From the NCBI GenBank assembly GCA_029953675.1, contig JAMWBK010000004.1, positions 1,798,001-1,862,000 of the forward strand: DNA of 64,000 bases, given 5' to 3'. Position numbers and translations under genes: made by a program. The notes below the pieces were generated by a model. It saw only the letters and a list, made by a program, of their open reading frames with translations. It was not told the DNA's origin and searched no databases. The stretch is from Rhodosorus marinus CCMP1338 (Eukaryota; Plantae; Rhodophyta). Of the stretch, positions 46,729 to 58,587 are shown piece by piece; positions within the stretch are counted from its first letter, which is position 1; every line of letters begins with the position of its first letter.

Positions 46729-47805
46729 CTGTACCGTCTCCCTAGATGGGCAAAAAACCTAAACCCCAAAACCGCCCCCGGGGACACCAAACTGTCCAAG
46801 CACCTACCCACAGACTCGAGATTTCTAGTAAAACAATCTCTCTCAACGTGCTCTTCAGTCTACAAAATCAACAATTCCTTTTCCAAAGCCACTAGCTCAC
46901 TTATGAAGCCATCCCAAGCACGAAGGCACTAACCCCCCTCCTCCCACCCCTCCTCAACCAATTCCACCATGACAAACCTGTCCATTCCTACCAGCCTCCC
47001 CACGACCAAAAACGATAAACAGTATTTCACTATAAAACGAATTAGCCCAATTTCCATACCCCTCTCCGGGCAATCGAATATAGCTGGCTTCTCAATATCA
47101 TGCCGTGCACAACAAACAAGAGAACTTTCCCTCGCCATCTAAGAAGGGGGTTGGGGAAACCCTAGTAGGCACTCATTTTGTTCGTAAAAAAAAGCATTAC
47201 TGAATTTATGTCATATTTACATCCCCTCCCATAAGATTTACCTTTGAACTGGGCACTCAATGTAATACCCCTACTTACAAAAATGAAAAAGGGGGTGACT
47301 AAGTTCTAATTCGGATACCCCCCTTTTTGGAACTATCATACGAGGATGACTTGGAAAGAAAATTGAAAAAAACGAACACTACAATTTCACCGCGAGTCGA
47401 CGGCCAAATTTTAGGGACACGTGGTATTCTATCAATGGATTCTTATTCTGTCGATTCGTTTTGAAACGCCATCGTAAAGTTATATAATTGGTTATATAGC
47501 CCACTTGTTGATAATTAATTGGTGAATACGTAGTGATATTTTTTATATTTGTTTCCTTTTTGCGTTCAGCTTTTTCTTCTAGCCCTTCTTCAAGATGCTC
47601 AGCACATGATTCATTTAGTAAAACAACTTTACTGTTCTCTCTTTGTGCCTATTCCTGCTGCATAGGGTTCTCAAAAGTGAGTGAGCTGTTAATCCGGGAG
47701 GTCCTCTTTAGTTGGTCGATGGCTTCCTGAGTGTATGACACCACAACTATTTTAGATTGTGTGCCTGTGGTACGTTTGTGTTTGTGTATTTGTGTATGTT
47801 TGTTA

Positions 47806-49968
47806 TTATTTTCCTTTGAACTTTTCACCATTAAAAGATTGTTCGGTCGCGGGGGGTGGTGCCTTTGATCTCCTCGGGCCCCGCAGAGAAAGCAGGGCCT
47901 TCTCGAGTTCGTTGATCGCCGTTTTGATATCCTGAAAATCGAGAGCGCTTGCAGCGTACTTGGCTGCCTTTTGGGCTGCCGAAATGTCCTGGATTGAAGG
48001 TGAAAAGTTCGAAACTGGCTCACGCGGAATCGGAGTCGACTTGGAAACGCCGAGTCCGGTGGTCTGCGCGCTCGGAGGTGCTACATTCGGAGCAGGAGGC
48101 GGGACATCAGCACCGGATACTACTCTGTTAATGTCGCTCGGCATAATTGGGGGTGTTTCCACAAGCGGTGTTGAGTTTCGTGCTACCGCGCCTGTGATGT
48201 ACGCCACTTGCTCGCTACTGTGGAGGTTCTCCAAATGCTCATGACTGCAAGCACATTCGAAGACACAAGACGGTCAAATTCCCTTGTCAAAGGCTAAGTA
48301 CAAAACCACGAAAGCTATAGAGCTGACGGCGGTAACAAAACAAATACCTTGGAAATCGATTCTGGTATGGAAGCCTGCTTTCTTCCTTATCCGCCTGCGG
48401 ACTGTGGTAGTCGTGGAGATATATCGTTAGTCATCAAACGCAGTCCCCTGACAATCCGTATGTGACCCCGCAACTTACCCGCCATAGACTTCTTGATTCA
48501 AATTGGAATCCGAAGGTGGCCGTGGAAGGCCTCGTGCCGTGTTCGGCACGACACCTGTGTTCTGACCGCCCTCTACAGAAGGCGTCTGCGTAGGGTAAGA
48601 ACCACTACCCATTTCACCGGCTCGACCAGGACCCCTCGGAATTGGATCCTGCGAACTTTCAGCGGGTGGAGTAGGACCAGGACCAACTTGCCCAGCGTAC
48701 ACGCTAAGATCAACGGGTTGATATGGCACGCTCGGTTGGTCTTCAAATGAATGGTTCATCGCATACGAGTCAACCCCGTACGACGGCATCATCTGCACCT
48801 CACCACTGGGCTGGTATCCACTGGGCGGGTATCCGCTAGGCATTGAATAAGTGCCTTGAGTTGCTGGTGCTTCGTCAGTTGCATTGGAAAGCGGAGCAGA
48901 ATTTCCCGTCGACGAGCGATGGGCATCGCGGGGCTGAGTGTAAGGGTCATGCGGGGGTACTGAGTCATAGTTGCTTTCATATTCGTAGGGGTCCTGTCCC
49001 ATGGACCTACTGGATCCTCCAGTTGCTGGTGGGGACGGTCCCCCTGGTGCATGATCAGTAGAATGTGCCCCCAGGCCACTTTGTGATAGGCTTCTGTCAG
49101 GAGCGCTGTGTTTGTCGCCGAGGCCAAATTCACGAAGGAAAGCGCTTAGTTTCAACAGAACCAAGCAACTGAGTTGAACTGTAGCTTTTTTTTTGAAATA
49201 CCTTGACTCATCTTCCCCAGTGTCGGCAGCTTCCAAAGCGGCCGCTGCGGCTTCGGCCTCCTTTTTTGCTTTTATCTGTTTGTACTCTTCAATTTTTTGC
49301 TTCAAGAGCTCCGGGTTTTCGTTGGGACCTCCAGCGGTAGGCTTCTTCCCGGCGAAAACTGCCTTGCTAATTTCTACTGACTTGTGCCTCGAGAAGTTGA
49401 GCTTTTTCCTTGATTCATCGTCCAGAGGGCCAAAGTACTGGAGCACTTCGAATAGGATCTTCGCATTGTAAAACGTGCGAGCAGTGTTGATATCTGCCAT
49501 GCCCAACACATCGGCAGAATCGGCTTCAAAAAACGTATCATAGGCCAGTTCTGCAATGTGCGCTTGACATGCTTCCTTCTTTATCTCCGGATCAATTTTG
49601 GCCCGTTGCTCTTTTGCCTAATGACGTACACAACGCAGTACCATTCAGGGGGATCAGGCCCACTGAAGGTTTTGGGTGACCACTACTTGACTGGGGTTTA
49701 ATTACCTGCTGCATGAGATCCTCCAGAAGAGCGGTGGACTTCGGATCATCTCCAGTCCTCTGCTTCACGACTAGTTGTGCTGCAAAGATAAGGCCTGCGC
49801 TGGGTCCCAAACTCCTTCTTCAGTCCACTGCTGCTAGCAAAGAAAATTTGTTATTGGCTACTTACAGTACGCCGAGGTAATATAGTCCCCTTCCAGCTCA
49901 TACCTCTTCGCACTGGACAAGTACTTCCCAATAGATTTTAGGGATGCAGGAACATTTCCGGAAGACAT
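47806..49968 (-). CDS. VTA1: VTA1/LIP5 (Vps4 cofactor: tandem MIT domains, disordered linker, VSL domain), multi-exon
   Basis: MSSGNVPASLKSIGKYLSSAKRYE...AY, FFEADSAD...ARTFYNAKILFEVLQYFGPLDDE...KLNFSRHKSVEISKA...KPTAG, and VSL domain ISAAQKAAKYAASALDFQDIKTAINELEKAL. Confidence 0.9.
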
Positions 49969-50728
49969 TGCCAAATCCTCTGGCCCGGGCCTCTCCACTC
50001 AAGACCTGCAAAACCCAGACAATGCTTCTATTCTTCTGTCCCCGTGCGGCTGGGGAACCTCAAACCCACTCCCTCGCCCTGACAGTCCAAGTCTCCTCCA
50101 AAGTCGTCTGGACCCTTCACAACCACCCCCCTAAAACAGTTTCAAGTCCCTCTCAACAAAGCCTACAGCTCTCTAGCTTTCTCTCCAGACACAAAACTAC
50201 ATCAATCGCTTGAGTGCGTTCATGTCAACCAACAAACCAATATCCTCAGCCTCTTCCTTTCCACTCCCAATCCTCAGCTGAAATACACCACCCTTTGGTT
50301 TACCCTATCATTCTCCTCCCAACCCACCCGGACACATACGACGAAGTAGACTTCTACCACCTGCCTCACCAACCGATGCTGAAATAACTCGTTATCTGGA
50401 TATTGACGATTCCGAATCGAAGCCAGTCATCCAAAAGGAATGACAAGTCGATCAGTTGACCAAAACCACCCTCATCACCCTGAACTCGAAAAATAAATTC
50501 AACCGGAGCTTAAACAAAGGGAGCCAGCCCAGCACCTCACCCACCTAGCGCAGAAGAGCTTCCATTTACTCGTTTGGTGCTCCCCTTTTTTTTGTTTCTT
50601 TCTCGATATGGTGGATGAATTCCGCTTTGACAGCAACGATGGAAGAGAAGGAGAAGGAAGAAAAGCTCTTGTTCATCGCAACACCCCATCGTGACGAAGG
50701 ACAACTTCTTCGCAAAAGGTTTCACCAA

Positions 50729-50990
50729 GTACGGTCTTAAAAAGTCATCTCAATCAGAGAGCCTTCCCTTTCGCTCTTTGAGGGGTAGTCTCCATAGTAC
50801 GTATTGTACTAATGGAGTACAATACGTACTAGGAAGGATACGCGTTAGTACTTTTAGTACATGGCAGCGAGTGTACTGTTGTAGGGTTTTGGGTTCAATA
50901 GTACTCCTCAACGGGGGTTGTTTTCACTGGAGTACGATGGAGAGGATGTGTCCGTAGCGCGGGGATTGGTACGGCATGTTGTCAAAGTAC
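50729..50990. promoter_or_regulatory. Dense GTAC-motif cluster (12 copies in 262 bp); candidate cis-regulatory module
   Basis: GTAC counted at 50729, 50797, 50806, 50817, 50826, 50848, 50857, 50873, 50901, 50932, 50969 and 50987; about 1 copy is expected by chance. The function is inferred only. Confidence 0.45.
50795..50831. repeat. Perfect 16-bp inverted repeat with a 5-nt loop
   Basis: TAGTACGTATTGTACT-AATGG-AGTACAATACGTACTA; the arms are exact reverse complements. Confidence 0.92.
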
Positions 50991-51349
50991 GACGATTGGG
51001 CGGATTAAAAATCGCTTTTCTTCTAACTTAAAGCTCGTTCGCTGTTCAAGTGGATGTCGTTTCCCTTGTCCCGGTGGTGAGCGTGTTTTTTTGCCCGATC
51101 CGTTCTTACGAGGTTTCGAGTTTGAGTTTGGTCAGACTCATCCACTATTCGCGCGTCGTCTTGTTATCAATTTTCTGCGTTAGAGCGCACGGGTCAAAGG
51201 TCCGGGCAAAATACGCTTTGCGGAGATCCTGAGCCCGGGAGCAGTGAAGTCGAAAACCTTTTCATTCAAACGCTTAGGCTTTACTGACAATGTGGTTGCT
51301 ATCCCACAACCAAAGCGACAGTGCAAGTGAGTCTCTGAGTTCTAGGAGC

Positions 51350-52774
<1,425 letters not shown>

Positions 52775-55320
52775 TCACCCAAGCCGCGCAACCACATCCA
52801 AAAGTTTTGTCAGAGAGCAACTCCCGCCGGCCGACCATATTTATAGCCAAGATCGGAGAATCGGCGCACCTCTTGCTAGCAGGAAATTCGACGAATCTCC
52901 TGCAAGTTGAAAACGCGACTTGAAGGAATGTGAAATCTAAGGATTTTGCATTGTCCTTCCATCTCGGCCCTAGGATTCCCAAACAACCACCCGTACGACG
53001 TCTCACGTAAAACACTAACCCCCTCATCTGCAGGCAACGGAGAAAACTATTTCATATCTTACCCGAATAAAAATTCCACAAATCACACCCAGTAGTGCGG
53101 ATATTTGACCTAACCCGCCTCAAATGTGTTCAAAATGGAAGATGTCATGAACCTCGAACCCGTAGAGACATTTTGTCATTTCTAAAAGACGGAAAATACA
53201 ATCTTCTCTGGGCTATTGAGCAAGAGGGGGAAGCGGAACCCACCACATATTTTTGCCGATCGCGTCATCTACTCAAACCCCCCGCCCCCCTCCTCCTCCC
53301 TTTGCAAAACGTAGTTTGAAACAAACTTTGCTTTCTTGCTGTATGATGCTTTCTTACCGCTTCCCAACCAAATCCTTCAGGTGAATGTAATATCTCCTTC
53401 CCTTTCTCCTACTCTGTTTCATTGGCTAATCGAAAAGTCAATGTAAATAGTTTCTTTTTCAACAGATCAAATTAGTTTTGCTACCCCTACGAAATAAATT
53501 TTCTTCAAACCGTACAACACCAATATTCAAGAAGAATTCTACAAAATCGAATGTAAAAACAACAAATCCCCTCCTGCAGGAGCCGTAGAATATCCTTCAA
53601 TCGCAACCCTAAAAACAGCTATCACCATCTTTCTCTCTAAAAACAAATGAATTTTCGACGGACGGGCGTTTACCCATTAAGCCGCCTCTTCGAACGCCAA
53701 ATTTACTAATAAATCCGGAATGTTGACCCCCCACGCCTTCGTTACTCAAACTGGACTTCCTTCCAAAGTAATCTAATACAAAGGGTGGAAACTGGTAAAG
53801 ATTGAGAAGCGAAAGCCTAATGATTGATAAACCTTTTTTTTCCGTTTTATATGCGTTTGCGCTAATCCACTGAGATCATTCCTCTCCCGTCTCGCGATTT
53901 TCATCGGATAACCGATCGCTCCACAGCTGCCTAACACGCGTCTCCAATCGTTGTAGTGATAGGGACTGAGCTTTATCTTCTCACATTTACTTCCATCCCC
54001 CTTTCCCCCCCCCCCCTACAAACCAACCGCATTATATCCACGATATTCACAATAGTTCAGAAAACTATAACAAAATAGATACTGTTCCCGGCGGTGGAAA
54101 AAGGATCTCGAAAAAAAGTGCCGGCTGGGGAGGGGGGGGGGGTAGGCATCTTTGCAGGGTGCATGAGACAAGAATTTCATAGCATTCAATCCCATTAAAT
54201 CAAATATAAGTCAAGATACTATGTGCCAAAGAAGTTTCAAAATTAAAAGCGAAAGCCGATTCCTCGCAACGCATCATAGAAGACACGTGGGGTGATTTAA
54301 TTTGCTGATAACTGCCCTTGCTGTTGTGTTGCTGGGACAGAAAGATTTTGTAATAAAGTAGTTTTTGGAAGGCAATGGATAAATTTTTATGTTTCGAAGA
54401 AGATTTTGGTAGGAATTTCAGTGAACGGTTTTTTTCTTAGATTGTTTACGCTTTGATGAGGTTGAATTGGGTATCCGTCGCGGGAGGGGATGGAGAGGAG
54501 ATTGGGTGGGGGGGTAGGGGCTGTTGCCTTGAACGATATCTCAATCTTCAAAATTTCATCGGCACAAAAATGTTCATGGTGACTCGCCAGATGAACTCGC
54601 TGAAATCATGACAGGGAAAAAAGCCGTTGTTAGTCGTCAGGTTTTATCTGGATCGGAATGCAGACTTTCTGCAAGCAGAGCCCCTCCTTGGACACGATGT
54701 GCAATGTAGTTGCGTTCGTATCGTTCAGCTCGTGTGGTGGAGTGGTTCCAACCTTTCTTGACGGGTACAATGCGTGGAGACGCTCTGTGATTTGCTCTAT
54801 GTAGTCCCTCTTGGGTAGTTTCCAGTTAGGCCGCTTCAGTCACGTTGGCTAGAATGGTAGATCAACTCATAATCCCTTGCCAAATATAGGCAAAATCCCT
54901 CCATGAAGGAAACCTCGAGCGGTAGGGAAGGGGCGTGTATCTGAATATCCGAATCCTCTGATATCTTTTTCTAGCGAAAGCAGTAACCTTTAAGACGCGG
55001 AATAGTGGTTCCGATATCCAAGCACCTCCTCTCTACCAAAATCGTAGTGAATATGTGCTGTCCGGGGCGTGCATATTGGACGAGGGAAGGCGCGTGCGAG
55101 GTCCAATCGATGTTCGGAACGATCGTGGAGCCGGTCGTTGCTTTCCTTGTTCCAAAAGATCTTCTTCGTTTCACGCCCAGCCGAACGATTTCCGGGCGAA
55201 ACGTGTTGCTAGGGTTGCTTCAAAGTTGCTTTCACCGCTGTTATGCTTTTTTCTTTATCTGCAATATAATTAAAATTTTAAGTTTTCCAACGATTTTTCC
55301 TAGTCGTTGCAACGCGCTCC

Positions 55321-57910
55321 TCAGAAGTTTGCGTGCCTCAGCCCTTCAAGCCAGAGTTCCAAAGCATCAATGCCAACTTTCTGGATGCCGACTCCGGGCT
55401 CTTGCGATACGCTCGCTGTTGATAGGCTCTGGATCGAGTCTCTGTCAGCTCCTTTCGTGTCCGTCAGGGTGAGCACGTAACCTAGTCGCCAAGAAGAAAA
55501 CATATGCTTTTCAGCTTAAACCGAAGTGGGCTGAGAGGAGTCCGAGCTCCGACAGTGCCGCAGGAATGTGGCTGTGTTCCCACTCACGGAAACTGCGCCC
55601 GTGTGGGGTCGGGTTCTGGGTTGTAAACAATTCGCTCAGAATGTTTGGGTTCGGGAAGATATCCTCCACGACATGCAGCAGTGGGCGTCTTCTCTTCAGA
55701 TGCTTCTTCTGGGACAACGAACTTGGCCGAATTTCGGGATGGTTTTGCATTGCATGCAAGGTGGCTTCAGAAGGTATGCAGCCTTGTAGCGGTTCCCATA
55801 TGGCCTTGGCCGCCGTTAACGAGAAGCGTCCAAGCTCAACTAGAGTCTGAGCATGTCAGATAGAGCACCTATTAGCGCGCTTTCTAGAGGGGCAGCAGGG
55901 CGATATACCGGCAGAACTCACCTTAAGCTCGCTCACTCTGAATAATACAATGAAATCTTCCCGATCCACCAGGGTATGGAAACGGACTATGGCTTTGATC
56001 AACCTGTCCAATATGTTGGTCTGGAGGTTGTCTACTAGGAGAGCACCGTCCACAAAGATAATTCCTCCACGTCGGAAGAGCTCCTTGCACAGAGTCCCGC
56101 TCAGCAACTCGTGTGGACCTCTCATTCGGCTGAGCTTTGATATTGCTCTCTGAGAGACGCTGATGAACTTTACCGAGGTCGCCAGCCGCAGGTGCACTGT
56201 CCACGAGAAGGATGTGAACGAGTCCGCCTTCTCCGGTACGAACACATAGTCTACGTCAGCAACTTGAACTGGATACTTTCCAGGCTTGATCTTCTCAGCA
56301 GGGAAGTCTATGGCGCCGCTCTTCGACGCACTCAGAATCAAGCTCTTCAGTTCATGGCGATCTAGTGTCAGGGTGACATCAATAAATGCAAACAGCTTTT
56401 GAGTTGAAGCTCACTGTCAACGACATATGGTAGCAGGGGATCACGTCGCCATCTCAAAAGGGCTCACCTTCGTTCCGGACCAAAAACCTACACGACGCCC
56501 AAGAAGTACTGATCCTAGGCCTTGGGCTGCTGTGCAGAGTTCTGGCACGGCCGCCCAGGTCTTTGAATGAGAAAAACCCCACGATTCCACGGTCACTTAT
56601 TGGCAGAGCACTGTTGTGGGCTCTCGAAAGGACGCTGCCAACAGTAAGGAGGAAGTCTACCTGCTGGGAACTTTTATGATCCTGTGTTTTCCGAAGCTTA
56701 AAGTCGGTCACTGCCTCTTCGCTTCCTGGGAAACTGCCACAGAAAAACTCCTTCTTCTGCACGAGTTCATCCGCCAGCGACTCGAGCCTCATGTTCTGCT
56801 CATGGAGAGCTGAGAATGCGAAGCAAGCCAACTGCATACCCCCAACCCGGGTTTGACATGAGCGATCGATTGACCATGTGAGTGCAGGCAGAGCTCAGCG
56901 TCAGAAGCCACAGATCAATCTTTTTGGTCGTACCTTGGTCGCATCGACAAACTTCTCCATCAGGCCCCTGTCAGATTGATTGTCCATACTGTGCCTGGAA
57001 TGCAGCACCAGCGTTGTGGGCCAGGACTCCCACGGAGGGGGATAACTACTATGCAAACTTGTCGGAATCGCATAACAAGCATACAGACTGGCATCGCCAG
57101 ATCCCTCAACTCGCAATATTCCATTCCAAAGGTTGAAAGATCCAGCAGGCCTGCTCAGTGAAGTTCTCTCTGTCCACGACCAAACGAGCGATCTGATTCA
57201 GTATTTATGGACATCGGGCATCAGGCAAATCTTCAATTTACTCACCTTCCTCTCCGCCGTACGGTCTTTTCCTATTGTAGGCGGGTGTTGGACGACCCTC
57301 CTCTTCGTCAGAGTTCGTTTGCATCGTTTTCAGGTGCACGGCCGTGTTTCGGGCGGCGCCGGGTGTGCCCCTACGATTCTCAGGTTTCCCTCTGTCCTCT
57401 CGCAAAACGAGGCCAAGAATTGTGTTTTTTCGATTTTCGATGTTGGTCACTATTCCAATCACATCACCATCTCTCAGAGTCTTTGGAGCGGAGCCCTTCC
57501 CAACGCGTTCGCCGTTCACATATGTGTGATTGGACGACCTGAGAACACGCGTTACGAATTTGGCACTCAGTACGGAAGAGCACAACCATCTAGGAGGGAG
57601 ATTTAGCTCTTTCAGCTACGTACATGTCCTCAATCTGAACCGCGGAACCAGTATTATTTTCGTTATGGGGAACAGACGCCACGAACTGCAGACGGCTTAT
57701 TCTCGTCAAATCGAATCCCTTCTCCCTAGCGAGGAACCTAAACGTCTCGCGACCAACATTCGCCTTCTCTCCAGCATAACCCTCGAGCGTCAGGATACAC
57801 CTATCCGTGGTCCACTCAGCATACGGCTGGGCAGTTGACGAAGAACCGCCGATACCAGACGCCGGATTGTTTCCATGACCGTTGTAAATGAGGAAAAATC
57901 CGAAACGCAT
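55321..57910 (-). CDS. FHA-domain protein with putative SPOC-like, TASOR/Chp1-like alpha/beta and PIN-like domains; 7 exons, roughly 690 aa; start uncertain
   Basis: The FHA domain joins across intron 57539-57623 (ANVGR...ISRLQF...VQIEDM/SSNHTYVNGERVGKG...LRDGDVIGI). The exons that follow join in frame: WNGILRVEG...WPTTLVLHSR; LACFAFSA...LADELVQKKE...IVGFFSF; DYVFVPE...VKFISVS...ELFRRGGIIFVDGALL; SF/RYVLTLTD...GIQKVGIDALELWL*. The FHA call is well supported; the C-terminal domain names rest on motif recall. Confidence 0.7.
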
Positions 57911-58587
57911 CTGAATCACTCCTCATCTCCGCCCACATCCAACACCAAAATGTACAAACGCCCCTCCCCCCTCCTTTCCCTGCCAAAACGAGAAGCGAAA
58001 GCGGCAACCAAACCAAAATCCAAGATCTTATCAAGTAAAACAAAAAAGTGACTCACTCCGTTCCCATTGGCAACCGAGAAGAAGAAAAATAAAATATAAG
58101 AAAGCGATTTCCTCAGTCCGTTTTGCAATATACACGTCAGCTCTAACCCAGGAAGTAGACAGAGGAAAGTCCCGCCCACTTCTGCGTTAAGCTCGACCAG
58201 GAAGCCCAAACTCACCATCCACAACAGATTTTCAAATAAAAGCAAACCGAACACTACTCAATTTAGGGGGTTTTCCAGCCTTTTTTGTTGATTGATAAAA
58301 ATGATTGATCTACCTAGGGCGGTGGTTTCGGACTAGATATTGACTGAACTTAATATTAGGCCTGGTGGTGTGTGTTTGATGTGGGGTTGGGGGGAGGGGC
58401 TGGCTTTTAGGGCAGTGTAGTGTGCTGTGGGGAATCATTGTTTTTGTTTTTATGAACGAAACATCCCCGTTCGATTCGACAGGGTGTGTAGTGTTGATTC
58501 ACAGGTATAGTCCAGTGGAGTTCAGATTTGCACTGCCTGTTGGAGCCTCGTCCCATACTCAGAAACGTTTCAGGTTTGCAGAGGGTG

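Noticed and set aside
54971-55472. 155-aa plus-strand and 67-aa minus-strand ORFs beside the FHA gene 3' end
   Set aside because: No family features; most likely 3' UTR or antisense noise.
57916-58254. Hydrophobic 112-aa minus-strand ORF as a possible first exon of the FHA gene
   Set aside because: It derives from T-rich promoter or UTR sequence, has a non-ATG start, and I found no convincing splice into the FHA exon.
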